Origin: a virus | Lineage: Duplodnaviria; Caudoviricetes | Reading direction: 5' to 3' (one strand) | DNA length: 50,759 nucleotides | Virus record (IMG/VR): IMGVR_UViG_3300048839_000441 | Span: 1 to 50,759 of that record | Part shown: positions 27,223 to 35,828 of the stretch, piece by piece | How positions within the stretch are numbered: position 1 is the first letter of the stretch | Layout of the letters: each line of letters starts with the position of its first letter | The notes under the pieces: model-generated | Database searches by the model: none | The model's input: only the letters and a program-made list of their open reading frames with translations | Told to the model about the DNA's origin: nothing | Made by a program: the position numbers and the translations under genes

Positions 27223-27965
27223 AAATCCTGGGTGATGAGATGCTTGGCGCGATACTCTGTATTATTTTTAAGCGAAGTCCATATCTGTTCATTATATGCA
27301 GTCAGGGCAGGATTGCGCGGCTCAATTGAATGCCATTGATGGTAAACAAACGGCTCGTGAATAAACTTAACATCAAGTTTCAGATTCTTAATCTGATGAA
27401 CAAAGTAATCGTCCTCATAACAAATACCCTTCGCGAATCTTTCGTCAAATCCGTTTAATCTTTTAAGGTCACGGGCGTTTATTGCTGAACAAAAATGAAA
27501 CATTGTCGGACGTACCATTTCGTGGTTATACCAGCCTTCATCACCGGATTCCAATGGAAGTAAATCACGCCTCTCTACGCCTATCTTCTGATCTTTGGCA
27601 AGTGAATAACAATGATAAGTAAGATACTCATTAGGCTTTATCTGTGAAGCATGAGTAACAATATCGCCTTCATGATAGCACTCTGCATTTTGAATGATTA
27701 TCACATCCGCGCCTTTGTCAATCGCATACTTAAATCCGATGTTATAAAGCGGACCCGGATTAGATGAAATCTTTTCTACAAGCCTGTAAATGTCAACTTG
27801 AAATTTATAATCGCCTATTCCTGAGATTTCCTGTGGTGAAGCATCATCAATTATAATTACTTTGAAATCCTTGTACCTGGATTTGTTAATTGATTCCAGT
27901 GTCAACCGCAATTGTTCAATGCGGTTATAATAAGTCATGACAACAACAACATTTAGCTTGCCCAT
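27219..27965 (-). CDS. GT2 glycosyltransferase, tandem paralog of 26437..27222
   Basis: VVMTYYNR, IIDDAS, NGFDERF...EDD, YHQWH, shared C-terminal YRAKHLIT; start placed at ATG 27965. Confidence 0.85.
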   Translation of the reverse strand: MGKLNVVVVMTYYNRIEQLRLTLESINKSRYKDFKVIIIDDASPQEISGIGDYKFQVDIYRLVEKISSNPGPLYNIGFKYAIDKGADVIIIQNAECYHEGDIVTHASQIKPNEYLTYHCYSLAKDQKIGVERRDLLPLESGDEGWYNHEMVRPTMFHFCSAINARDLKRLNGFDERFAKGICYEDDYFVHQIKNLKLDVKFIHEPFVYHQWHSIEPRNPALTAYNEQIWTSLKNNTEYRAKHLITQDL

Positions 27966-28129
27966 GACGGAGTAGATAAAAGATGGACGTGACAATTAAA
28001 GTCATACATAGCTTCAGGTTTTTGTCCTATGAATTCCCACAGAAAAAGCGGCGAATGAGTTAAATCAAAATGACAAACATCGATATTGATAGTATAGAAA
28101 AACATCAGCCACTGATCATGCGTTGCCAT
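27953..28129 (-). CDS. 58-aa hypothetical protein
   Basis: Hand translation MATHDQWLMFF...; TAATG-coupled to the upstream ORF. Confidence 0.4.
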   Translation of the reverse strand: MATHDQWLMFFYTINIDVCHFDLTHSPLFLWEFIGQKPEAMYDFNCHVHLLSTPSWAS

Positions 28130-28341
28130 TAGTTCATTGAAATACTGTTCCAGAAAACTCTCTTTTTCATCCTTCGCCTCAAATCTCTATATCCTCTTTC
28201 GGCATTTATTTCATCCAACAGGTTAACCAGGGCTTCGGATTTGGTTCCGCCTTCAGCATAGTAGTGGCCGTAGATAGCTATATAACCGCTATCATTCATG
28301 CTTATTTGGCATTTGTTTACTATGTCTTTTACCCTTATCAC
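28129..28341 (-). CDS. Hypothetical protein
   Basis: First ORF after the TATATTTG box at 28359-28366. Confidence 0.55.
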   Translation of the reverse strand: MIRVKDIVNKCQISMNDSGYIAIYGHYYAEGGTKSEALVNLLDEINAERGYRDLRRRMKKRVFWNSISMN

Positions 28342-28385
28342 CTGTTGTAATCATGTGCCAAATATACAAATAATTAATTACAAAT

Positions 28386-28417
28386 AAAAAACAAGTCCCC
28401 ACACTTGCAGGGACTTG
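28386..28417 (-). terminator. Rho-independent terminator
   Basis: CAAGTCCCTGC-AAGT-GTGGGGACTTG-TTTTTT. Confidence 0.8.
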
Positions 28418-28452
28418 AACGGATCAAAATACACAAAGGATGAACAGGGAAA

Positions 28453-29034
28453 TTAGTAATCTATTGGAATAATCAAAGTATCACCCGGATTAACAAACGT
28501 ATGGATACGATTACCGGGCAGTCCGAAGGCAAGGCCCGGAGAGGACCATGTTAACATGACTTTGTTGAAATACTCGTTTGTCGGTTGAAGTGAATCGGGT
28601 ATCCCCGCTGCAGCCCAATCAAAATTAGCATCAAACCACATCTCTTCATAAGCTAACGTCCGGTCAGCAACGTTGTAAAGTGTAGAGATTTTACCGAACG
28701 CATCGGTGATTAGTGTCGTGTCCCATCGTACAAGCGCAGGGCCGATTGTGTCAATTAGTTCAACTGAAAATAATACATCGGTGTGGTTCTGAAAGTTGTC
28801 GATAGCCCTTATGAGTACAGTGTTGTACCTCTGAGTTAACCATGAACCAGGCGTGGGTGTTTGCTCAACCGTATCAATCTGACAATTATCTGTGAAGGTC
28901 ATCCGCAGCCGGTAGTCAGGCAGTGCGGCTCCGCAGGATTGATCAACGTACAGCGATTGTGACGGTATCTGTGACATTACACAAGTGCATGACGTCATTA
29001 TTGCTGCAAATAGAATAAGAATTAGTTTTTTCAT
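28453..29034 (-). CDS. Lipoprotein-like secreted protein with a HYR-like domain (moron)
   Basis: MKKLILILFAAIMTSC signal; CGAALPDY...TDNC...QTPTPG; own promoter TAACTTTG (29039-29046, apparently leaderless) and own terminator. Confidence 0.65.
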   Translation of the reverse strand: MKKLILILFAAIMTSCTCVMSQIPSQSLYVDQSCGAALPDYRLRMTFTDNCQIDTVEQTPTPGSWLTQRYNTVLIRAIDNFQNHTDVLFSVELIDTIGPALVRWDTTLITDAFGKISTLYNVADRTLAYEEMWFDANFDWAAAGIPDSLQPTNEYFNKVMLTWSSPGLAFGLPGNRIHTFVNPGDTLIIPIDY

Positions 29035-29053
29035 ACCTCAAAGTTATTATTTT

Positions 29054-29149
29054 TTACGCAAAAAGCAAAATAGCCAAAATAATACCACCGGCCAGTACCG
29101 CAGCAGCGCAAAGGCTGCCGATTAAGTTGTCACGTTTACTTGCTTTCAT
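29054..29149 (-). CDS. 31-aa single-TM peptide
   Basis: MKASKRDNLIGSLCAAAVLAGGIILAILLFA. Confidence 0.5.
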   Translation of the reverse strand: MKASKRDNLIGSLCAAAVLAGGIILAILLFA

Positions 29150-29450
29150 TTTTTTCTCCTCCTTTTATGCGGTTGCGAAACCACTCAACCATCTTTAATA
29201 TCGCACTTCTTGTCATAGCTATCTCTGTTGTTGTGTAATTATCTATTTCAACATCAGTATAGCAGTCAAAATGATTATTGAAATACTGCAACGCCTCTTC
29301 CTCGCTCGGCATCTTCGCCTCTACCGACTTCAATCTTATTACTTTCTGTTCAAGCCATATCACATAATCAATATCAGGTTCTCCTTGTGAGTTCTCCCAT
29401 GATATGCCCTGTTCATTGTGAAATTGATGCCTTAAATCTTCTGCTGTCAT
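29136..29450 (-). CDS. Hypothetical accessory protein
   Basis: Coupled ORF; MPSEEE motif shared with 30623..30982. Confidence 0.6.
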   Translation of the reverse strand: MTAEDLRHQFHNEQGISWENSQGEPDIDYVIWLEQKVIRLKSVEAKMPSEEEALQYFNNHFDCYTDVEIDNYTTTEIAMTRSAILKMVEWFRNRIKGGEKNESK

Positions 29451-29827
29451 TTCCTTATGTTTTGTTTCCAGTATTCAAAAAGTTCATCAAGAGACTTAAA
29501 ACCACCGTAATTATTGGTTATTAGTTCTTCACTTAGGTTTCCATAAAATAGTTCCTCATCATAAATACACCACTTCACAAACTCTTTCGGATACATCCCT
29601 TTTGTTGCCTCGGCTACTCTGAGGGCGATTTCTTTGTCAATGATTTTACAGAAGTCATTCCCTATTATGTGCAGTATTTCCTCTCTCTTAAACAGCGGTG
29701 TCTTAGTATAGCCGTTATTTTCATCCATCAGGTTACGTGGCACATAATCAACATAACAATGTCCAGTGTCAGTATTATGCCATTCATAAGCGATTATTTT
29801 CTCTGCCTGTTTTCTTTCGGGGATCAT
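29447..29827 (-). CDS. Hypothetical accessory protein
   Basis: ATGA-coupled on both sides. Confidence 0.6.
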   Translation of the reverse strand: MIPERKQAEKIIAYEWHNTDTGHCYVDYVPRNLMDENNGYTKTPLFKREEILHIIGNDFCKIIDKEIALRVAEATKGMYPKEFVKWCIYDEELFYGNLSEELITNNYGGFKSLDELFEYWKQNIRK

Positions 29828-30036
29828 GACTGTGATCTTTTGTTGTCAGAAATTATGATATTCTCAATATCTTCTACCACACCAAAATCCGCCTCTCCTT
29901 TTAAGTTCTTTGCCAATTCTGGTTCGTGTTTTTCAATGCAGGGCATACACATCCACCCTGCATCAGATTGTCCTACAGGATTAGTTCTATGCAGCATCCT
30001 GTCAAACATTGAACATCCACATTTAATACATTTCAT
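29824..30036 (-). CDS. Small zinc-finger protein
   Basis: CIKC...CMPC. Confidence 0.6.
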   Translation of the reverse strand: MKCIKCGCSMFDRMLHRTNPVGQSDAGWMCMPCIEKHEPELAKNLKGEADFGVVEDIENIIISDNKRSQS

Positions 30037-30054
30037 TTTTTCTCTGTTGTTTAA

Positions 30055-30237
30055 TTATTCCCACGGATTCTCTCCGGTGATCTTTACAAACACATCCTTC
30101 ATCTCCTGCACCTTTTCGGGGAGTATCTTCTTTAGTTGTTCTACATGAAGCTCGGCAGACATATTAGTTTGCAATGCAAAGCTGAGATTTTCAATGTCAT
30201 CAATCAGTGTTCCTAATTTTTCGTAGTCGTCGTTCAT
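30055..30237 (-). CDS. Hypothetical protein
   Basis: 60 aa; starts within the junction repeat. Confidence 0.6.
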   Translation of the reverse strand: MNDDYEKLGTLIDDIENLSFALQTNMSAELHVEQLKKILPEKVQEMKDVFVKITGENPWE

Positions 30238-30265
30238 CTCTCTGTTGTTTGGGGGTTATTGATTA
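30233..30265. repeat. 33-bp gene-junction repeat, copy A
   Basis: Identical to 33328-33360; 27-bp core also at 33072-33098. Confidence 0.9.
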
Positions 30266-30626
30266 AAATAATTCCGCAAATCTTTGATCTTATTTGCATT
30301 ACCAACTTGTAGAAGTTCTCATAATGTTCTGCCTTCTTTTCTTGACGTATCTCTTCTGGAAGGCCCGTCCCGTCAAACTCAATTACATGACCTAATTCAT
30401 GAGCTATTGTCTCGGCGAGATCGTTTTGTCTGCAATCCCTGGGGACATATATCCATATTTCACCATCTTCAGGCTGGGCAAATCCCATACATTCAGATTC
30501 AAGCTCTTCCCTATTATCAAGCGTAGAAAAATCAATATCTTCAGGAACGCCATAAAACATCCTGCCCCATTCTTCAATGTCCCGACAAATATTGACTTTG
30601 TGACCGAGTACTGTAAAGCGTTTCAT
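30234..30626 (-). CDS. HExxH metallopeptidase-like protein
   Basis: ETIAHELGH...EKKAE; start at MKRFTV (ATGA overlap). Confidence 0.6.
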   Translation of the reverse strand: MKRFTVLGHKVNICRDIEEWGRMFYGVPEDIDFSTLDNREELESECMGFAQPEDGEIWIYVPRDCRQNDLAETIAHELGHVIEFDGTGLPEEIRQEKKAEHYENFYKLVMQIRSKICGIILINNPQTTER

Positions 30627-30982
30627 TCCCCACCTCCTTCCGTCTTTTGGTTTGTCAGGCGGGAGCGAAGCCACTTAACGCCATCCTCAAATCCCGAATA
30701 ATAATCTATTTCACAAATTGGAGCATTTTCATATTCCAAAAGTGACTTTTCTTGGATTTCTTCTATAAGCTCATCGCTCGGCATCCTCTCCGCTATCCTG
30801 CGCTCCACCTCCTGATTGATATGCTCTTCTGCCTCATCTGCCGTAAATTGGGACTGATCTATCCGTAAGCAGATTTCGTCACGGACGGTGGCGCAATCAG
30901 ACTCCGTACAAATACTACCCCATTTTTCGGCATAATTAAATAGCACATCAAATACCTGCCCCCTAATTAATTGGTTTTCCAT
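30623..30982 (-). CDS. Hypothetical accessory protein
   Basis: RMPSDE...GFEDGVKWLR. Confidence 0.6.
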   Translation of the reverse strand: MENQLIRGQVFDVLFNYAEKWGSICTESDCATVRDEICLRIDQSQFTADEAEEHINQEVERRIAERMPSDELIEEIQEKSLLEYENAPICEIDYYSGFEDGVKWLRSRLTNQKTEGGGE

Positions 30983-31118
30983 GGCGTTTTTTGATTAATG
31001 TTAGTATTGAGCCTTCCGCCGATGCGTTTGTTTTATACCACTTTGTGCGGACAAGCATATCACAAGCCTCTTTAAATGCGAGCTTGTAAAGTATCTCCTT
31101 TGTGAACGGCTTCTCCAT
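30963..31118 (-). CDS. 51-aa hypothetical protein
   Basis: Hand translation MEKPFTKEILYKLAFKEAC... Confidence 0.45.
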   Translation of the reverse strand: MEKPFTKEILYKLAFKEACDMLVRTKWYKTNASAEGSILTLIKKRHGKPIN

Positions 31119-31120
31119 AA

Positions 31121-31222
31121 TTAGTTCCACTTAAATGTATCTCCAAATGCTTTCATAAGCCACCACAACAGGGCAACCAGCCCCACCACCACAACACTCA
31201 AAATAATTATCGCTGCTTTCAT
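31121..31222 (-). CDS. 33-aa single-TM peptide
   Basis: MKAAIIILSVVVVGLVALLWWLMKAFGDTFKWN; ATGA-coupled. Confidence 0.55.
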   Translation of the reverse strand: MKAAIIILSVVVVGLVALLWWLMKAFGDTFKWN

Positions 31223-31452
31223 CTCTCGGTGTTTTTGATTGCGGCTTCAATTTTATATGGGACCAATACCCCATCCATATCATTCAACCATAACTCAAAT
31301 TTCTGGTGACAGTTGCCACACGTTACTTTTGTTCTTGGTTTCTCATTGACAAATAAAACCCTATGCACAAGTTTATTGTCTTTATCCTCTATGTCAATGC
31401 CGCAATACGGACACTGAAATTCGGGGAATCTTCTCTCAAATTTTAATTTCAT
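31219..31452 (-). CDS. Zinc-ribbon protein
   Basis: CPYC...CGNC. Confidence 0.65.
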   Translation of the reverse strand: MKLKFERRFPEFQCPYCGIDIEDKDNKLVHRVLFVNEKPRTKVTCGNCHQKFELWLNDMDGVLVPYKIEAAIKNTER

Positions 31453-31627
31453 TTTTTATCGGTGTTAAGTCCTCAACCTTTACAATGATCGTATTTGCAT
31501 ATTCCTGCTTACCCCACATAATCGATATGGGGTATGGGTCGACAAGGCAGACTGCAATAGAATCGTATAACTTCTTAATTTTTACCTCCCGTCTGGATGG
31601 CATATGTATGTGGGTTGCATCTGTCAT
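31436..31627 (-). CDS. Hypothetical protein
   Basis: Coupled small ORF. Confidence 0.55.
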   Translation of the reverse strand: MTDATHIHMPSRREVKIKKLYDSIAVCLVDPYPISIMWGKQEYANTIIVKVEDLTPIKNEIKI

Positions 31628-31956
31628 ACCTCAGTACTTTCGGCACATTCCTTGCAGAGAATAATAGCAGAGCCACGCTTTAATTTTACCTCACAATACA
31701 TACAGCTCACATCCTCGTCGAAAAGATTGAAGTATAATCTTTTCTGTTCTTCCAACGCCTCCATCAGTTCATCCCGCTGCCGAACAGCCTCATCGTACTT
31801 AGCCTTTTCTACATACCCTTCGCTGATGATGGCGGTGAGGTCGGAAAGACATTGCCTTGTTCTGTCATTATCAATAAGAAATCCCTCGTCGGTTTTGTCC
31901 TGCGAAAATCCCCACTTATCGGCAAATTCTCTGAGTTTATCTGATGTATTACTCAT
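31624..31956 (-). CDS. Hypothetical protein with C-terminal zinc finger
   Basis: CMYC...CKEC. Confidence 0.6.
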   Translation of the reverse strand: MSNTSDKLREFADKWGFSQDKTDEGFLIDNDRTRQCLSDLTAIISEGYVEKAKYDEAVRQRDELMEALEEQKRLYFNLFDEDVSCMYCEVKLKRGSAIILCKECAESTEV

Positions 31957-32236
31957 GTTTGTCTCTCCTTTCTTTCATTAACATTGACAGAACCTCTATG
32001 ATGTCCCGCAGGCACCCGTCATTCCACACCGTGTCAAATTCGAGTGAGGGAAAGAAGCAGTACTGCCGCCATGCCCCGTACCATTCGATTGTGGCAATCT
32101 CATCTTCTGATCGCTTATTGATTACATGGATCACCTTTGTTTTCTTCCCGGGCTGTTGCTCTGAGATGAAATTCAGGTACTGGGTTTCTTTGAGGAGTTT
32201 ATCTGATGTTGTCATGGCTGATCTATTTATGTCCAA
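31949..32236 (-). CDS. Hypothetical phage protein
   Basis: IEWYGAWRQYCFFP...CL motif. Confidence 0.65.
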   Translation of the reverse strand: MDINRSAMTTSDKLLKETQYLNFISEQQPGKKTKVIHVINKRSEDEIATIEWYGAWRQYCFFPSLEFDTVWNDGCLRDIIEVLSMLMKERRDKHE

Positions 32237-32489
32237 ATAACAATTCCATTACGGTCTTTTTGGGTCTGAGATACACCGTAAACTCACAGTGCCCAGTACA
32301 GGTCTGATGATATATTTCCATGAACCTTTCATGATATTTGAGTTTAATGGCAGTAACTATAACATTCCAATACGGTTCTTCGGCTTCAGTAAATCCAATC
32401 ATAGACTTACAATGTACGCCCATCTCTCTTGGCTCGCACGCATAATGCGACGGCAGAATGTCTTGAATAAACATCGTTTCTTCTATCAT
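32223..32489 (-). CDS. Hypothetical protein
   Basis: Coupled ORF. Confidence 0.55.
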   Translation of the reverse strand: MIEETMFIQDILPSHYACEPREMGVHCKSMIGFTEAEEPYWNVIVTAIKLKYHERFMEIYHQTCTGHCEFTVYLRPKKTVMELLFGHK

Positions 32490-32671
32490 CTTTTCTGTTT
32501 GTTTTTGTATTCTATTTCAGCTTTAATTGAATCCATGTTATCGGCAATATAGGCTCGCAATTCACCGTAACACTTGCCTTCATCGTATAGCCACAGGAGA
32601 TATTCAGGAGGTACATTTGCCAGCTTCTCTCCTTTGTGCTTGCCAAATGGCATGATACTTTCGTCTGTCAT
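32486..32671 (-). CDS. DUF3820-like small protein
   Basis: MPFGKHKG...VPPEYLLWL. Confidence 0.75.
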   Translation of the reverse strand: MTDESIMPFGKHKGEKLANVPPEYLLWLYDEGKCYGELRAYIADNMDSIKAEIEYKNKQKR

Positions 32672-33069
32672 GGCTGTGGCTGATAAGATATTTTTGTAAG
32701 AATTTCAAATCTCGTAATTTCAATTAACCCCGTATTTTCAGGGTGAGGATCATGGGCCATTCCATTTTTCCAAACCACAGCATGATTAACTCCCCTATTA
32801 CTTTTGCCAATCGCAATAGAATAGCCGTCGGTGTCAGGGCAATCAAGTATCCCTTGATGTGCCAAACCAACTGGCACAGTGCTATAATAGTATCCCAATA
32901 ATACCAAAATATTCATAACCTCATCCCATTCGTCAGCCCAAGCTATATCTCCATTATGATATGGGAATGTATCAATATCGCACTCCAAAATAGAGGCAAG
33001 ACAAGCCCTCCAGCAATCTCCATGCTGCTTATCGGGAATATGCAAATAAATCTGTTTAATAGGTTTCAT
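32668..33069 (-). CDS. Papain-like (C39-type) fold hypothetical protein
   Basis: GDCWRACLASIL...HAVV...HDP. Confidence 0.55.
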   Translation of the reverse strand: MKPIKQIYLHIPDKQHGDCWRACLASILECDIDTFPYHNGDIAWADEWDEVMNILVLLGYYYSTVPVGLAHQGILDCPDTDGYSIAIGKSNRGVNHAVVWKNGMAHDPHPENTGLIEITRFEILTKISYQPQP

Positions 33070-33140
33070 TTTCTCTCTGTTGTTTGGGGGTTATTGATAT
33101 CACAAATTCTTATTATTGCCGCAATTTCTTTCTTCGGGGG

Positions 33141-33332
33141 TCATGGCTCATCCTCCAATCTTAGTGTAAATTCGATTTCATAAAACAACCACAATAGACA
33201 GATCGAGTGTTCGACTTTATGGTTATATAACCCGGTCAAATAACCAATAGTGGGGATAATGGCGAACATGACACTGTACTTCTTCATATTCTTTCTACCC
33301 CAGAAGTGTACGGAAAATTTCCATTTTTTCAT
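33141..33332 (-). CDS. Hypothetical protein
   Basis: Starts within the junction repeat. Confidence 0.5.
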   Translation of the reverse strand: MKKWKFSVHFWGRKNMKKYSVMFAIIPTIGYLTGLYNHKVEHSICLLWLFYEIEFTLRLEDEP

Positions 33333-33360
33333 CTCTCTGTTGTTTGGGGGTTATTGATTA
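33328..33360. repeat. 33-bp gene-junction repeat, copy C
   Basis: Identical to 30233-30265. Confidence 0.9.
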
Positions 33361-33489
33361 CTTTAAAAACCACATACTTATAGGCCATACGGCACCAAGT
33401 AATAGATGATCTATGCGCCGGAAGTCCAGGTCATAAAATAACATGAACACAAGGGCGCAAACTTAAAAGGCATATTGTCTGCCATCGTC

Positions 33490-33771
33490 TTATTTCTTTA
33501 TCCTGTTAAACCTTGCATCAAATACCTCTTCGCAAATATCAACTATGTGAAGGGCCTTTTCATCTTCACTCAGTGACCTTTCGCTTTTTATCCGGTCTGA
33601 AATATATGCCCGGTTCTTTTCATTCATGTGACAGGTTCCAACAAAATGGTAAAAGTCCCACAGGTCAGAATACTTTCTTCGTGAAACACACTTCCGGTTT
33701 ATCTCTGATTGCTGCACCCATAAAATATAGACAGCAATTCCAATGACTAAAAGAATGAGTAGGATTTTCAT
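33490..33771 (-). CDS. N-terminally membrane-anchored protein
   Basis: MKILLILLVIGIAVYILW. Confidence 0.65.
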   Translation of the reverse strand: MKILLILLVIGIAVYILWVQQSEINRKCVSRRKYSDLWDFYHFVGTCHMNEKNRAYISDRIKSERSLSEDEKALHIVDICEEVFDARFNRIKK

Positions 33772-33786
33772 GGTTTTTATTTTGGT

Positions 33787-33972
33787 TTATAATCCAGGAT
33801 ATGCATCAGAATAACAATTCCCAAAAGCATCAACATCCAACTCATCAGGACGAAGATAATCTTCGGGTTTAGATACTTTTACATACGGGTATCCGTAAAG
33901 GTTCTTATATTCCTTTGCTTCGGCCAATGTTTCGACCTCAATACTTCCGGCGGGCGTTATTACTTTGTACAT
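33787..33972 (-). CDS. Hypothetical protein
   Basis: Start at MYKVITPAG, just after the TAAATTTG box at 33987-33994. Confidence 0.6.
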   Translation of the reverse strand: MYKVITPAGSIEVETLAEAKEYKNLYGYPYVKVSKPEDYLRPDELDVDAFGNCYSDAYPGL

Positions 33973-33986
33973 GGTCGTTTTTATTT

Positions 33987-34031
33987 CAAATTTAAAATAT
34001 TTTTTGAATAGTAAACAATGATTTTCGTCAT
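33987..34031 (-). promoter_or_regulatory. Promoter plus palindromic operator CAATGATTTTCGTCAT
   Basis: Same motif and spacing at 42851 and 45533. Confidence 0.65.
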
Positions 34032-34033
34032 AA

Positions 34034-34276
34034 TTAAAGGTTTTTTTCATGAATCTTTGTTAAAACATCTTTGTGTAAATAGGTTTTTTCAAGTCCATGA
34101 GCAGCGTTGTGGCACTTCCGGCATAGTGCCATCAAATTACTTATGACATCCCTCCCCTTGCCCCTGCCGTTTATATGATGGATATCCACAGCCCTGGCTC
34201 CGCACACTTCGCAAAGAATTGTATCCTGTTCTCCGTAGCCAAAATAATTCATGTATATTTTAATATGCGTTTTCAT
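34034..34276 (-). CDS. Small HNH nuclease-like protein
   Basis: CEVCG...DIHHI...NLMALCRKCH. Confidence 0.8.
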   Translation of the reverse strand: MKTHIKIYMNYFGYGEQDTILCEVCGARAVDIHHINGRGKGRDVISNLMALCRKCHNAAHGLEKTYLHKDVLTKIHEKNL

Positions 34277-35009
34277 TATTCAAGGCTTCCTTTTCGGCTA
34301 TTTTCTTTAAGTAATAATTTGGCTTGTATTTATGTTTTTTCTTTTGTGCCGCCTCCGCTTGTTCCTCCGTGAATACCTTTCGCTTATAATTGCCCTGCCT
34401 GATTGGTTTGTCTATGGCATCATTTATATTCCAGCCCCGCTTAATCCTACATCTGATAGTAGCTTCGTGTCTAAGCAATTTCTTTTTTCGTATCAACACC
34501 ATGTATGGCATAGTCTCCCCATGATAATTAACATAAATAGTGTCTGACTTATTATTGGCGTTTTCAAATACTGTTACAAAACGACAATTTGCTGGATAAT
34601 ACCCCTTATTATTATCTATTCTGTCAATTGTTAGCCCTCGCTTGTATCCGTTATTCATTGCCCACTCCCTAAACTTTGAATAACTATGCCTCCACTCATC
34701 ACAAACAGTAATATTATTTGCGGTGTATGAATTAGGGAAGGATGGCATATAACAACGATTAATCATGCCACGCCATCTTCTGTATAAAACGGTTCCTGTT
34801 CCCCCATGAATCTCACCCCCCAGGCATCCACAAGACCTTATTCTACCTCGAATTAAATGTAAAAGCCTAACCGAAGTCTGCTTGCCACAATCACAAACAC
34901 ATCTAATTACTCTATTAGTCTGTCCGCATGGGAGTACTTTATGATCTTCCTCATACATAACTACTAACTTCCCAAATCTATCGCCTTCGGTTATTTCTAT
35001 TTTTCTCAT
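34260..35009 (-). CDS. HNH homing endonuclease
   Basis: CVCDCG...SCGC, WRGMINRC, TIDRIDNNKGYYPANCRFVT...NANN. Confidence 0.85.
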   Translation of the reverse strand: MRKIEITEGDRFGKLVVMYEEDHKVLPCGQTNRVIRCVCDCGKQTSVRLLHLIRGRIRSCGCLGGEIHGGTGTVLYRRWRGMINRCYMPSFPNSYTANNITVCDEWRHSYSKFREWAMNNGYKRGLTIDRIDNNKGYYPANCRFVTVFENANNKSDTIYVNYHGETMPYMVLIRKKKLLRHEATIRCRIKRGWNINDAIDKPIRQGNYKRKVFTEEQAEAAQKKKHKYKPNYYLKKIAEKEALNNENAY

Positions 35010-35106
35010 AACTCATATATTACATATTCGAGTGCAATATACATATTACTTTTTAAATGAGCAAATATTTCGGGCAGAAAACAGGCTCCACGCCTCTTCT
35101 TTGAGC

Positions 35107-35652
35107 TTACTGAGTGACTTCTTTTTCTTCATTTAACTTCTGTATTTTTCTTTTTAATCCCAGTATTCGCATAGTACCAAGTCTCGCAAGCTGCAGGCGT
35201 TGTGCTTCGGTCCATCTTATTGCTGTTGTGTTGACCTTGCAGGGCCTGACCTCTGTAACTTTCACGTATTCAATTTCACGAGATGCGCCGTATGGGCCAT
35301 ACCACTTCTTAACGGCATTTGACACAACCAATAGTCCGGCATGGTCGGGGATAGATTCAAGAGCGATTTCCTTCAACTCCGCAGGTACAGCAAAGTACAG
35401 GCGACGGATGAGATTGTGATGATGCCCGTGTTTTTTCTCCCGGTCTTTCAATAAGTCGGCTTTACTGATTTTAATCTCAACCTCCGTTGCGTAACTATCA
35501 CCGCTCAGAATAAGAACATCGCACTCATGCAATGACTTATATTCCTTATTGTGAAGCCCCCAGCTAACATTAGGGACGACGAGATTCTGTCGGGGCCGAA
35601 AATAATCAATAACCGCAATCTCTATATCCAGTGTTGTAAACTTTTTTACCAT
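35107..35652 (-). CDS. MmcB-like PD-(D/E)xK nuclease
   Basis: ECDVL...EVEIKISKADLLKD...LYFAVP. Confidence 0.7.
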   Translation of the reverse strand: MVKKFTTLDIEIAVIDYFRPRQNLVVPNVSWGLHNKEYKSLHECDVLILSGDSYATEVEIKISKADLLKDREKKHGHHHNLIRRLYFAVPAELKEIALESIPDHAGLLVVSNAVKKWYGPYGASREIEYVKVTEVRPCKVNTTAIRWTEAQRLQLARLGTMRILGLKRKIQKLNEEKEVTQ

Positions 35653-35828
35653 ATCCGTATTCCTCTCAAATTATCGTAAACAAGTTCTATTAATGCCCAC
35701 CGGCTTTCATGCGTCATCTCCCTGATCTCACACTTCTTCTGAGGGTCAGCCTTAAATACCCATTTGCCGTCAACATTGGTTAACGTGCCGTACATTCTTA
35801 CAAGTCGGAGTTTCTCTGCAGGGGTCAT
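35646..35828 (-). CDS. Hypothetical protein
   Basis: TAATG-coupled. Confidence 0.55.
   Translation of the reverse strand: MTPAEKLRLVRMYGTLTNVDGKWVFKADPQKKCEIREMTHESRWALIELVYDNLRGIRIW

Noticed and set aside
31160-31200. Second GG-periodic array
   Set aside because: The CCA/CAC richness is explained by Val/Gly/Trp codons of the 33-aa TM peptide; there is no 5-nt register.
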